A stretch of 38,425 nucleotides of DNA from Candidatus Rifleibacteriota bacterium (GCA_028691595.1 JAQUZA010000002.1:1-38425); one strand, 5' to 3'; counted from the first letter of the stretch, positions 8,823 to 18,239 are shown. Translations and numbers: made by a program. Notes: a model not told the origin generated them from the sequence alone.

Positions 8823-9204
8823 AGCGTTGGGTGTCGCATGGCACCTGATGTTGGTTCGAAGATTAAAATTCACAGTCAGGTTTGATTCTCGCCGGTGAAC
8901 GATTGATTTACTCAGCCTTTTGCTGGATAAATTCCAGGCGAACCAGGTCTGAAGGGTGATGAAAAGCATGCGCAGACGTATAATGCTGCGAAAAGCGTTT
9001 TGAATGGTTAATATGACAGATTGCCCGGTGTTGATTACTGCAGGCTAAGATCGGCCAGAATGCCGGTTGCGCATTCGGCATACTTGTGGCGATTGCATGG
9101 CGAAGTTCAGGCTGCCACCGGGTTTCGTGCGGCATTTACAGGAGTTTTTGTATTTATGGCCTGAAAGCCTTAAATATATTTTGTGTAAGGTGGGAGCGGG
9201 GGGG

Positions 9205-10323
9205 TTATTGCCCCAGAAATCGCTGGGCCGCCTTGATGATGGCCGTTCCGGCTGAGCCGTCGCCATAGGGGTTCGATGCTTCTGACATGATCTGATAGCT
9301 TTTCTGGCTGGTGAGCAACTCGGTTGCGGCCTCGATAATGCGGGTTTTGCTTGTTCCGACCAGTTTGATGGCCCCGGTTGCAACCCCTTCCGGGCGCTCG
9401 GTTGATTCGCGCAGTACCAGAACCGGTTTGTTCAGGCTGGGAGCTTCTTCCTGGACACCGCCTGAGTCTGATAGTATCAGAAAGCTTTTCTGCATGGCGT
9501 TTATAAAGCTTTGATAGTCGAGTGGCGAGGTCAGATGGATGCGTGGATGGTTGTTGAGCATCGCCGCGGCCTCGTTGCGAACATTCGGGTTCGGATGAAT
9601 CGGAAACAGTATTCTGACATCTTCAAAGCCTTCGACGAGCTCGAGCAGGGCTGAAAAAACCTCTCTATGTGGCTCACCAAAGTTTTCGCGGCGGTGAGTC
9701 GTTACCAGCAGCATGCGCCCGGGTGCTGCGATAATGTCTTTGATGTCGTCTCTTACCGGGTAGTTTTGTTTCAAGCTCCAGTGCAGGGCATCGATTACCG
9801 TGTTTCCGGTAATTTCAATGCAATTGCGGGGTATCCCCTCCCCTGTCAGCATATCGCAGGCTCTTTGAGTTGGCGCAAAGTGCAGACTTGCCAGTGGGCT
9901 CACCAACCTGCGGTTCATTTCTTCGGGGAAGGGACTATAGCGATCACGGGTGCGTAAACCCGCTTCAATGTGCCCTACCGGGATTTTGCAATAAAACCCG
10001 CACAGGGCACCCAGGAAGGCCGAGGTTGTGTCGCCCTGCACAAATATCATATCGTATGGGTTGCGCGAAACTATTTCGCCTATGCCCTCTGTAATGCGTG
10101 AGGTGAGCTGAAAAAGTGACTGATTCTGACGCATGACCCCGAGATCGAATTCTGGTTTTAGTCTGAAATGTCTGAACATTTCGCTGGCCAGCTCGAGGTG
10201 TTGCCCGGTATGAAGTATCTGAGACTCTATTTTACCGGTTTCGCCGGCTGCAAAAACGACCGGAGCCACTTTGATGACTTCCGGTCTGGTGCCAAGAATA
10301 AATAGAAATCTGAGTTTGTTCAC
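9205..10323 (-). CDS. wecB: UDP-N-acetylglucosamine 2-epimerase (non-hydrolysing)
   Basis: 372 aa. LFILGTRPEVIKVAPV, HTGQH, VQGDTTS, HIEAGLRT, PFPEE.NR, DSGGVQEEAPSL.KPVLVLR..TERPE. GTG start at 10321-10323. Confidence 0.9.
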   Translation of the reverse strand: MNKLRFLFILGTRPEVIKVAPVVFAAGETGKIESQILHTGQHLELASEMFRHFRLKPEFDLGVMRQNQSLFQLTSRITEGIGEIVSRNPYDMIFVQGDTTSAFLGALCGFYCKIPVGHIEAGLRTRDRYSPFPEEMNRRLVSPLASLHFAPTQRACDMLTGEGIPRNCIEITGNTVIDALHWSLKQNYPVRDDIKDIIAAPGRMLLVTTHRRENFGEPHREVFSALLELVEGFEDVRILFPIHPNPNVRNEAAAMLNNHPRIHLTSPLDYQSFINAMQKSFLILSDSGGVQEEAPSLNKPVLVLRESTERPEGVATGAIKLVGTSKTRIIEAATELLTSQKSYQIMSEASNPYGDGSAGTAIIKAAQRFLGQ

Positions 10324-12297
10324 TCAGGCATCCTTGATGTAATTTTCGCCTTCGGCTTTTTTATTATCAGACTGCTTGCTTGAAACAGCCGGTTCTGAAG
10401 CTTTTTCGATCTCTTCGATGACGTTGAGCAGAGGTTTTACTGCAGGCAGAGGTGCCAGTTCGCGCCCTTCTATGAGGTCTTTAAACTCTTCGGCATTGAT
10501 GGTTTCCCGTTCAAGCAGAGCTTTTGAGCATTTGGTCAGGAGTTCTCTGTTATTGGTAAGGATTTCCCTGGCTTTGCTTAGAGCAGATTCGATAATTTTG
10601 CGTATTTCTGAGTCGATCTTGCGGGCCGTTTCATCTGAAAGGTCATTTCGGGTATTGAAATCACGACCCAGGAACACGGTCTGGTTATCGTCACCAAGGT
10701 GCAGAGGCCCTATTTCATCGCTCATGCCAAGTTCACAGACCATTTTGCGGGCAATTTTTGTTGCCCGTTCGATGTCATTCTTAGCCCCGGAAGTCAGCTC
10801 ATTGAAGACTATCATTTCAGCAACCCGGCCGCCCAGTAATATGCATACCTGGCTCTGTAAATGGGTGCGCGATACCGTAAGACGATCTTCGACCGGAAGC
10901 TGCATGGTTAACCCGAGAGCCATGCCCCTGGGTATGATGGTGATTTTATGAACCGGGTCGGTGCCAGGCAGAAAAGCTGCGACCAGAGCATGCCCTATTT
11001 CGTGATAGGCGGTATTTTCTTTTTCTTTTTCTGAGATGATGCGACTTTTGCGTTCAGAGCCGGCGATAACCTTGTCGATCGATGCTTCAAAATCGGCCAT
11101 GATAACAATCTTACGGCCCATTCTGGCGGCAAGAATCGCGGCTTCATTGGTGAGATTGGCAAGGTCTGCCCCGACAAAACCGGGGGTTCGTCGCGCCAGA
11201 ACCGATAAATTGACATCATCGGCAACCGGTTTGTCTCTGACGTGAATCTGCAGAATTTCTTCGCGACCCCTGATATCTGGCTGGTCAACGACAATGCGGC
11301 GGTCAAAACGACCCGGGCGCAGCAATGCGGGGTCGAGAACGTCAGGCCGGTTGGTGGCGGCGACCAGAATGATACCCTTGGTATTATCAAAGCCGTCCAT
11401 TTCGACCAGCAGCTGATTCAAGGTCTGTTCTCTTTCGTCATGGCCACCACCGAGACCAGCCCCACGCTGTCTGCCAACCGCATCGATTTCATCCATGAAA
11501 ATAATGCAGGGGGCATTTTTGCGGGCCTGCTCGAACAGGTCACGAACGCGCGAGGCACCAACGCCGACAAACATTTCTACAAATTCTGAGCCGCTGATGT
11601 TGAAGAAGGGAACGTTTGCTTCGCCGGCAACAGCACGGGCCAGCAAAGTTTTGCCTGTGCCTGGAGGCCCGAACAAAAGCACGCCACGTGGGATTTTTGC
11701 CCCAAGGTCAGTGAATTTGCGCGGATCACGCAAGAATTCAACGACTTCAAGAAGATCTTCTTTGGCTTCATTTACACCGGCAACATCTTTAAAAAGAACC
11801 CGTTTTTCAGTCGGGTCAACCATACGGGCACGGCTTTTACCAAAACTGAGAGCCTTGGCACCACCACCCTGCATCTTCTGCAAAATATAAAGCCAGGCAC
11901 CTATCAGAAGAATGAAGGGGAACCAGTTGATCAAAAGGTTCAACCACCATGACATTTGTGCCGGCGGCTCTGCTTCAACAATTACGCCACTCTTTCTGAT
12001 TATTTCCATGAGGCCTGAGTCGTCAGGGGTGACGGTTAAAAAATCAGAAGTCGGCGCTTCGCTGCTTGAGCCAAGGGTAACCTGCTTCTGAATACGCCCG
12101 GTGATTTCGCGGTCGTTGATTTTGATGCGCAGAATCTTGCGTGCCGGGTCTTCGCCCTGCAGAATGCTGAGAAATTCAGAGTAATTCAGCCGGTTGACCT
12201 TTCGGGTGCTGGTCACATTGGTGAATGCTGTCAGCAAAAGAATCAACAGCAGGGCATATAGTGCAACTGTCTTCATTTTTGTAGGTTGTTCTTTCAT
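10324..12297 (-). CDS. ftsH: ATP-dependent zinc metalloprotease FtsH
   Basis: 657 aa. Two N-terminal TM helices, Walker A GPPGTGKT, Walker [32 protein letters not shown], zinc site HEIGHAL. Confidence 0.97.
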   Translation of the reverse strand: MKEQPTKMKTVALYALLLILLLTAFTNVTSTRKVNRLNYSEFLSILQGEDPARKILRIKINDREITGRIQKQVTLGSSSEAPTSDFLTVTPDDSGLMEIIRKSGVIVEAEPPAQMSWWLNLLINWFPFILLIGAWLYILQKMQGGGAKALSFGKSRARMVDPTEKRVLFKDVAGVNEAKEDLLEVVEFLRDPRKFTDLGAKIPRGVLLFGPPGTGKTLLARAVAGEANVPFFNISGSEFVEMFVGVGASRVRDLFEQARKNAPCIIFMDEIDAVGRQRGAGLGGGHDEREQTLNQLLVEMDGFDNTKGIILVAATNRPDVLDPALLRPGRFDRRIVVDQPDIRGREEILQIHVRDKPVADDVNLSVLARRTPGFVGADLANLTNEAAILAARMGRKIVIMADFEASIDKVIAGSERKSRIISEKEKENTAYHEIGHALVAAFLPGTDPVHKITIIPRGMALGLTMQLPVEDRLTVSRTHLQSQVCILLGGRVAEMIVFNELTSGAKNDIERATKIARKMVCELGMSDEIGPLHLGDDNQTVFLGRDFNTRNDLSDETARKIDSEIRKIIESALSKAREILTNNRELLTKCSKALLERETINAEEFKDLIEGRELAPLPAVKPLLNVIEEIEKASEPAVSSKQSDNKKAEGENYIKDA

Positions 12298-12452
12298 ATT
12301 CCTGTGCCTGTATTCAAATTTTTAACTAATTATCAATAGGCTGTCATGGTATCACATCAGATGTTCTGAATCAATTGATTGTGAGCCCGCCAGCAAAGCC
12401 AGACTGGCCAGATTTAAACGCCACCGCGGCCAAAAAAATATGGCCTGTCTGG

Positions 12453-13634
12453 TCAGGAATTCTTGAACAGACGCTTCTGTTTTGCTTTTAGCCAGTTTAT
12501 CCAGCCGGATGTCTTCAAAACCTGTTGTTCAAGCATATCAAGAAGCATTGCTGCATAGCGGCGGCTTTCGCTGCTGCGCCCGTTAAACGCCAGAAGTGTG
12601 TTCAGGGCGCTGTCTCCATGGCGCATAACCTTTTCAGCGATGACTGAGAATTCTTTGTCATTGCTGATTATTTCAAGCCAGTAGGGCAGGCAATCGAGAC
12701 TGTCGATGCGGAAAAGAGCCTCGCGGGCATTCTGTCTGATCTTCGGGTGCTCGTCTCTGGCCATGACCGCCAGCAGCTCAACACGGCCCGGAATGTTGAC
12801 ATTGTCGAGAACGAAAACTGCCGAGGATTTCATCCAGGGGTTTTCGTCGCCGGCCATCTCTTTGAGAACATCGAGAAGCTTGCTCTGGTCGTCTTTGTTC
12901 CAGAGGGCTTTGATAACGTTGGCTCTGACCCGATTGTCCTCGTCTTTGAGCATCGGCAGAAGCAGTCTGGCCACATCTGGCAGGTCAAGCTTTTCGATGG
13001 CTTCGATGGCGTTAGCCCTGACCCTGGCATCTTCTTCACGCAAAGCCTGAGTCAGAAAGCCGACTATATCGTCGTCAGGCAGGGCCAGGCGACTGACGGC
13101 AGTAACGATGCAGGCTTTGACCCTGGGGTTGGTTTCGGGTTTGTAGAGGTTTCTGATGGGGGCAAGATTACTGGGGTCAGCAATGCGACCCAAAGTTTCG
13201 ATTGCCAGTGCTACCAGTTCAGGGTTAGGGTGACTCAACAGAGCCAGTATTTTTGAGCTGGCAGATGAATCTTCGATTTCACCCAGGGCTTTCAGGCTGT
13301 TATAAATAACGTCTTCATCGTCAGATGTCAGACGGGCTGCCAGTTCATCGATGTGCTGAGGGGTCTGGGGCATATCCTGCATAAGCTTCCAGATGCGGAT
13401 ACCGTCGCGCTCGATCATTCTTACCCACGAAGCACTGTTGTAATCTGCGTAAGAGTCGAATTCTCTCTCTGCCTTTTTCAGGGCGGAGACGCGATCAGTC
13501 GCCTCAACAGTGTATTCTATCTTGAATTTCTTTCTGGGGGTTGCCGACTCACTGTAAGGGATAATTACTTTGTATGTTTTCGCCTGTGTCATTTTGCTTG
13601 TGTACATTTTAGCAGATTCCCCGGTCTGATTCAA
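12453..13634 (-). CDS. HEAT / PBS-lyase-like repeat protein with a distinct ~85-aa N-terminal domain
   Basis: 393 aa. Repeats of the type NPELVALAIETLGRI, NPRVKACIVTAVSRL, DARVRANAIEAI, DNRVRANVIKAL, HPKIRQNAREAL. The N-terminal segment TYKVIIPYSE...IRIWKL is not repeat-like. The exact start (several Met in the first 15 codons) is uncertain. Confidence 0.7.
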   Translation of the reverse strand: MNQTGESAKMYTSKMTQAKTYKVIIPYSESATPRKKFKIEYTVEATDRVSALKKAEREFDSYADYNSASWVRMIERDGIRIWKLMQDMPQTPQHIDELAARLTSDDEDVIYNSLKALGEIEDSSASSKILALLSHPNPELVALAIETLGRIADPSNLAPIRNLYKPETNPRVKACIVTAVSRLALPDDDIVGFLTQALREEDARVRANAIEAIEKLDLPDVARLLLPMLKDEDNRVRANVIKALWNKDDQSKLLDVLKEMAGDENPWMKSSAVFVLDNVNIPGRVELLAVMARDEHPKIRQNAREALFRIDSLDCLPYWLEIISNDKEFSVIAEKVMRHGDSALNTLLAFNGRSSESRRYAAMLLDMLEQQVLKTSGWINWLKAKQKRLFKNS

Positions 13635-13802
13635 TCAGCTTCAATTGTTAAATTTAATCGGGGCCAGGCGGCGTTCTGGCTGAAAATTGCTCTTCAATGC
13701 TTTATAGCTCATGGTTTTTAAAACGTTTATGCATATTCGTAGCTAAAAATGCGACAATATTGTATCATCAACCTGTAAAACCTTTTTGCGGGAGCTGTTT
13801 TC

Positions 13803-14087
13803 ATGTCATCTGAAGAAGCATTGTTCGTCTGCCACTCTTGTGGCCTCGAAAAGACCGTTTCCCCCGAAAAATTGAAGTTTTTCGCTGAAAAAGGCTACGA
13901 ACAAGAACCTATGTTTTGTGAGACATGTATCAACGCCCGACTCGACCAGATATGGGAAACCCCGGGCGAAAGACGCTGCGCCATCTGCAGTGACTGCGGT
14001 TGCGAGACCAGACTGAATTTTGTGCCGTGCAAAGAATTGCCGGTATATTGCCCGAAATGCTACAAAAAGCATTCAGAGCAGTCTTAA
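13803..14087 (+). CDS. Small zinc-ribbon protein with a CxxC-x17-CxxC motif
   Basis: 94 aa. C10-x2-C13...C39-x2-C42 and C62-x2-C65-x17-C83-x2-C86, counted directly. GGGAG lies 9 nt upstream of the ATG. Confidence 0.65.
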   Translation: MSSEEALFVCHSCGLEKTVSPEKLKFFAEKGYEQEPMFCETCINARLDQIWETPGERRCAICSDCGCETRLNFVPCKELPVYCPKCYKKHSEQS

Positions 14088-14145
14088 CCCCGAAACAGAA
14101 TCATCATATTCAGAATTTTGCCTGCATCAGCCAGCAGACGGTCGA

Positions 14146-14679
14146 TCACGGCAGTTTTGCAGCTGGGGTTGCGACCTGATTAACCTGAAGGCCGGCAGTC
14201 ATACTGCCGATAAGACTTTTTGCAGCGCCGGAGATTTCCGTTGCAGAAGCAATCTGCGAAGTCATACTGCCATTTGAGTGCTGCGGGTTGTTCTCTGGTT
14301 TAATTATGTCTGTTGCCGTGGCGGTCAAGGTTTTTTTGCTGGCCTGATCGGGGTTCATAAGGGCCTGCAGAGCTTCTCGGTCGAGTTCTTCAATTGCCAA
14401 TGTGTTGCGTCGGCCGCTCAGATCTTCGGATTCGGTCGCTGTGGGGCTGGCTTCAGGAAAACTTCTGTTTATGCGGCGTAACATCGATCTGGCCGGTTCT
14501 ACCTCGTATCTGAACTCAAAAGTCTCGCCGGGGTTACGCACATCTGCCAACGGATGTCTTATTATTACCGGCACACCCTGGCGGGGTACCCTGATGTAAT
14601 TGTTGATGCTTTGAGCCTCGGTAGATGTCGCAAAACAAAACGCTGCCGTAAAAATTAAAACCACCCGTTTAAGCTGCAT
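14146..14679 (-). CDS. Secreted hypothetical protein
   Basis: Listed ORF 14146..14751 is trimmed to the ATG at 14677-14679, which gives a signal-peptide-like N-terminus MQLKRVVLIFTAAFCFATSTEAQS. It overlaps the upstream MBL gene stop by 11 nt. The C-terminus is low-complexity and no family was recognised. Confidence 0.5.
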   Translation of the reverse strand: MQLKRVVLIFTAAFCFATSTEAQSINNYIRVPRQGVPVIIRHPLADVRNPGETFEFRYEVEPARSMLRRINRSFPEASPTATESEDLSGRRNTLAIEELDREALQALMNPDQASKKTLTATATDIIKPENNPQHSNGSMTSQIASATEISGAAKSLIGSMTAGLQVNQVATPAAKLP

Positions 14680-15550
14680 ACCAGACCGCCAGATTGTCGA
14701 GAACCCTGAATTTAACTTCGCCGCGACGATAAAGTGATGAAAGGTAGCCATTAACCGTTGCGCGGTAGAGAAAGTATTCCCAGCTGATCTTTTTCATGCC
14801 AAAATGGTCGAGAAAGGCTTTGACGACGCGTTCCTGTGACTGAGGAACCTTGAGCAGGTCAAGCATGAATGCCATAGCACTTTCGACATGACTCAGGTTA
14901 CTGGTTATCATGGTCGCAATATTGCCTGTCGGCCCGAAATGGCCGCCAACAAATACCTTTGCCGCAATGGTTCGCAATTTTTCGAGGGTCTGCATGTGGG
15001 CATGCGGGTCGTAGTTGAAAGGGAGACGTTGTTTTTTAAAAAAAGAATCTGGAAAAAGCGTATCAGCGACAAAAGCGGTTCCATCCACCAGAAAACCCTT
15101 CTGGTTAACCGAATGCCCGGGAAGATCGAGAATTTGAATTTTAAGATCATCGAGAACCAGTTCGTTGCCTGTGAACACTTCAACCGGGCTCGGATTCGCC
15201 ATGATAAAGCGGTTCATCAGATCCTGAATGGGGGCTCCGGCAAAAAGAACGGCCGATTGAATGAGTGGTTGCCTGATGGTGGGCGCTTCAAGTGTTGAAG
15301 CCATGATGCGGCAACCGCATTTTTCGCTGAAGTAACTGTTGCCGCCGATGTGGTCGGCATGGGCATGGGTGTTTAAAATACAGGCTACTTCAAAGCGATA
15401 ATCAGATAAAAATTCGTGCAGCTTCCGGGCATATTTTTCATCGATTCCAGAATCGATAAGTGCCACTCGCCCTTCTTCTAGAATAACAACTCCAACATTG
15501 GCAGGCCCGGCAATGCAGAAGGTTCTCTCGCTCAGGCGCGTCAGTTCCAT
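14669..15550 (-). CDS. MBL-fold metallo-hydrolase
   Basis: 293 aa. HxHxDH motif as NTHAHADHIGG, later LPGHS and a C-terminal GH. It starts 2 nt after the upstream stop. Confidence 0.85.
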   Translation of the reverse strand: MELTRLSERTFCIAGPANVGVVILEEGRVALIDSGIDEKYARKLHEFLSDYRFEVACILNTHAHADHIGGNSYFSEKCGCRIMASTLEAPTIRQPLIQSAVLFAGAPIQDLMNRFIMANPSPVEVFTGNELVLDDLKIQILDLPGHSVNQKGFLVDGTAFVADTLFPDSFFKKQRLPFNYDPHAHMQTLEKLRTIAAKVFVGGHFGPTGNIATMITSNLSHVESAMAFMLDLLKVPQSQERVVKAFLDHFGMKKISWEYFLYRATVNGYLSSLYRRGEVKFRVLDNLAVWYAA

Positions 15551-15552
15551 GG

Positions 15553-16011
15553 TCAGGCGGGTGAAATGCCAGCCGACCGCTCTGAAGCACCAACGACCAC
15601 CAGCCCCTCGCTACATTTGCTCAGAACTTCGATGCTGCAGGCCGGTGTATTTGAAAAGCCTATTTCGGGGGCAAGAACTTCAATGTAGTAGGGATTATCG
15701 TGATAAGGAGAAAACTGCGCTTTATAAACCCAGGCGTTAACAGGTTCGCAGCCATCGACTGTGAGTCTGATACGCAGAAATTTAAAAACTTCGCCGCCTT
15801 TGACGATCTTGAATGCCGGGTGCCAGGCCAGTGGTTCGGTGGTGAAGTCCGGGGCGAGTATCACCAGCGGTTTGTCGAGCTGAATGTTTATGGTGCCTTC
15901 TTTGCAATTCCCGACTTCCGGGAAGCACTTGCGAAAAAACGGCATTTGCTCTCTTACGGTGTTCTTCGACTCGCCAAGACCCTTTTGAATTTTCCCTCTG
16001 ATGACTGACAT
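15553..16011 (-). CDS. Small beta-barrel protein resembling CTP-dependent riboflavin kinase (DUF120-like); function tentative
   Basis: 152 aa. IRGKIQKGLGESKN...FPEVGNCKEGTINIQLD...YIEVLAP recalls the archaeal RibK pattern G.V.SG.GEG...PY.GTLNLKLD...IEIIAP, which I am quoting from memory. Confidence 0.45.
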   Translation of the reverse strand: MSVIRGKIQKGLGESKNTVREQMPFFRKCFPEVGNCKEGTINIQLDKPLVILAPDFTTEPLAWHPAFKIVKGGEVFKFLRIRLTVDGCEPVNAWVYKAQFSPYHDNPYYIEVLAPEIGFSNTPACSIEVLSKCSEGLVVVGASERSAGISPA

Positions 16012-16066
16012 GAGCTTTTCACTCCCTTGTAAGTTCTTCTGGCAGCATAGACCAGCCTCGAAATGA

Positions 16067-16540
16067 TTACAAGATTTTTTTAATCATCTGCAGGCATGGG
16101 CAGTCTGGCCCCCACAGGCCGTGAAACTCTTCGAGCGGTTTGAAGCCAATCGATATATAGAATCTGCGGGTGTTTTCATAGGCCGCCCAGCTGGTAGAAG
16201 GCCCAACAGTTTTTATCTGCAGGTATTCAATACCCTGGTTGCGACAATATTCGGTTACGGCTTCTATGGCTGCGTGGCCAAGGCCCTGGTGGTGATACTC
16301 AGGCAAAATGCCGAGAACATACAGCTCAGCCGCTTCCTTGAAATGAATTTTAAGGCTGATGAACCCGCACGGTTGATTGTGCATATTGATGATGAAGGTA
16401 GGCAGAGAATTTATCTCGATGCCATAATCGATCATCGTCTGCTCGTCTCCAAACCATTCTGGCAGGCGGCGCAGAATCTTTTCGCATTCATTTCCTGAGT
16501 TCAGCAAAGGCCCAACGATATTGAAATAGTCGGATTTCAT
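16067..16540 (-). CDS. GNAT-family N-acetyltransferase
   Basis: The listed ORF begins at a TTG (16564). I prefer the ATG at 16538-16540 (MKSDYFNIVG...). Acetyl-CoA motif-A-like HHQGLGHAAIEAVTEYCRNQG, then YLQIKT...A..FY...GF. Confidence 0.75.
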   Translation of the reverse strand: MKSDYFNIVGPLLNSGNECEKILRRLPEWFGDEQTMIDYGIEINSLPTFIINMHNQPCGFISLKIHFKEAAELYVLGILPEYHHQGLGHAAIEAVTEYCRNQGIEYLQIKTVGPSTSWAAYENTRRFYISIGFKPLEEFHGLWGPDCPCLQMIKKIL

Positions 16541-16565
16541 ATTAACTACCCGGTTTTTACACAAT

Positions 16566-16633
16566 AAAAACAGGTTTGCCCGGTCAAGACAAACCTGCTT
16601 CGATTAAATTGTCAGAACACGGCTATTATAACA
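16566..16633 (-). promoter_or_regulatory. Extended -10 promoter plus terminator-like leader hairpin upstream of the GNAT operon
   Basis: Minus strand TGTTATAAT (plus 16625-16633). About 30 nt downstream, CAGGTTTG-N11-CAAACCTG (plus 16571-16597) is followed on the minus strand by TTTTTATTG, about 25 nt before the ATG at 16540. Confidence 0.35.
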
Positions 16634-16929
16634 CATCTGCCGCATTATTTTCATAAGGCGTGATTCTTTGAACTGTGGCCTTTGGGAAAAGATCGATGTG
16701 GGTTTGTTGAGCCAGAACTGCCTTAAGAAGACGTGCCCGGGCGGGCAAATACCGGAGCGTTCACGCAGGGGTCGATGGAGTAACAGGATTCCAGCTCAAA
16801 CTACATCCCGCCATGTCAGTTTTAACAGCAAGCACTTGTTGTGCTGTAAATTGTCTTAATAAAAAGTTTGGTGTCAGAAGACCGAAATGTTATTCTGCTG
16901 TTAAGTAATTCTGCCCCGGAGGAAATGAC

Positions 16930-17661
16930 ATGACAAGACATGATGGACGTGCCGGTGACCAGCTCAGGCCCGTAAGTATCGAAACCGGTTATCTTAAATA
17001 CCCGCACGGCTCTGCGCTGATAACCTTTGGCGATACTCGTGTGCTTTGCACCGTTCAGGTCGAAGAAAAGGTGCCACCATACGTCGCTTCCCGGGCGGTA
17101 GTTCAGGGCTGGATAACTGCTGAATACGCTCTGATGCCTGCAGCCGGCCTGGTGCGCAATGAACGTGCCGGCTATGGCAAGGCCACCGTAAAAGGGCGGG
17201 TGCATGAGATTCAGCGCCTGATCGGGCGTTCGATGCGTGCCGCTCTCGACCTGACCAAACTGGGGCCTAGAACCCTGATGATCGACTGCGATGTTATTCA
17301 GGCTGATGGTGGCACTCGTACTGCATCGATTACCGGTGCCATGGTAGCACTCGAAATGGCCGTTAAAAAATTGATGGCCGAAGGCAAACTGACCGAAAAC
17401 CCGATCATTAACCGTGTCGCTGCCGTCAGTATCGGTATTGTTAAAGGCCAGCCCTGTTTAGATCTCGATTATATCGAAGATTCACATGCCGAAACCGATT
17501 TGAACCTGGTTATGAACGACCAGGGTGGTTATATCGAAGTCCAGGGCACCGCCGAAGATGGTACCTACAGCAGAGAACAACTCGACCAGATGCTCAAGAT
17601 TGGCGATGCCGGCATAAAACAACTCTTTGCTCTGCAACGACAGACCCTGGAAAAACTCTGA
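16930..17661 (+). CDS. rph: Ribonuclease PH
   Basis: 243 aa. RHDGRAGDQLRPV, GSALITFGDTRVLCTV, DCDVIQADGGTRTASITGA. GGAGG lies 8 nt upstream. Confidence 0.95.
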   Translation: MTRHDGRAGDQLRPVSIETGYLKYPHGSALITFGDTRVLCTVQVEEKVPPYVASRAVVQGWITAEYALMPAAGLVRNERAGYGKATVKGRVHEIQRLIGRSMRAALDLTKLGPRTLMIDCDVIQADGGTRTASITGAMVALEMAVKKLMAEGKLTENPIINRVAAVSIGIVKGQPCLDLDYIEDSHAETDLNLVMNDQGGYIEVQGTAEDGTYSREQLDQMLKIGDAGIKQLFALQRQTLEKL

Positions 17662-18239
17662 TGAATATCTGGGTTTCAACCCGCAATGCCCATAAGGCCG
17701 AAGAAATCGGCCTTATTCTTGCGCCCTGCCGGATAAAAACACTTCTCGACATCCCTGATTTCCCTGATATCGACGAAAATGGTTCTTCATACCGCGAAAA
17801 TGCCGAACTAAAAGCGCGCGCTTTGTTTGACAGGGTGCATGAACCGGTTTTTGCCGATGATTCGGGGCTTGAAGTCGATGCCCTCGGTGGCCGCCCCGGA
17901 ATCCATTCTGCGCGTTTTTCCGGTAACGATACCAACCATGCCCGTAACATCGATAAACTGCTGCACGATCTTGAAGATGTCTCCCGGGCTGAGAGAACCG
18001 CCAGATTTCGCTGCGTCATCGTCTATATCGATGCGGCAGGCAAAGCCCATGAATTTGTCGGAACTCTCGATGGTTATATCGGCTGTGAACGCCGTGGACA
18101 AGGCGGCTTTGGCTATGACCCGGTCTTTATGCTGCCAGATCGTGACTGCGCAGTTGCTGAACTGCCTGCTGCTGAAAAAAATTCGCTCAGCCACCGGGCC
18201 AGAGCTCTTGCTCAGCTCAAAGCCTTTCTGAAGCTCTGA
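17661..18239 (+). CDS. rdgB: Non-canonical purine NTP pyrophosphatase (RdgB/HAM1 family)
   Basis: 192 aa. STRNAHKAEE, ENGSSYRENAELKA, ADDSGLEVDALGGRPGIHSARF, GFGYDPVF, SHRARAL. The ATG overlaps the rph stop (TGATG), the classic rph-rdgB pairing. Confidence 0.9.
   Translation: MNIWVSTRNAHKAEEIGLILAPCRIKTLLDIPDFPDIDENGSSYRENAELKARALFDRVHEPVFADDSGLEVDALGGRPGIHSARFSGNDTNHARNIDKLLHDLEDVSRAERTARFRCVIVYIDAAGKAHEFVGTLDGYIGCERRGQGGFGYDPVFMLPDRDCAVAELPAAEKNSLSHRARALAQLKAFLKL

Noticed and set aside
8858-8880. GGTTCGAAG string resembling a tRNA T-loop
   Set aside because: The flanking bases (GTTGG ... ATTAA) cannot form the 5-bp T-stem, and no acceptor or anticodon arms could be drawn. No tRNA or tmRNA is called.
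8268-9204. Possibility that the convergent AT-rich spacer is oriC or a dif/terminus site
   Set aside because: There are no good DnaA boxes; the best candidates (TTATCACAC, CTGGATAAA) have two or more deviations from TTATCCACA. The only dif-like string (CCGCATAATATCGCG...) lacks a XerD arm. There is no dnaA/dnaN context.
10376-10951. 191-aa plus-strand ORF (and others at 11036-11890) overlapping ftsH
   Set aside because: Ser/Arg/Leu-rich composition typical of the antisense frame of a real gene. ftsH on the minus strand is unambiguous.
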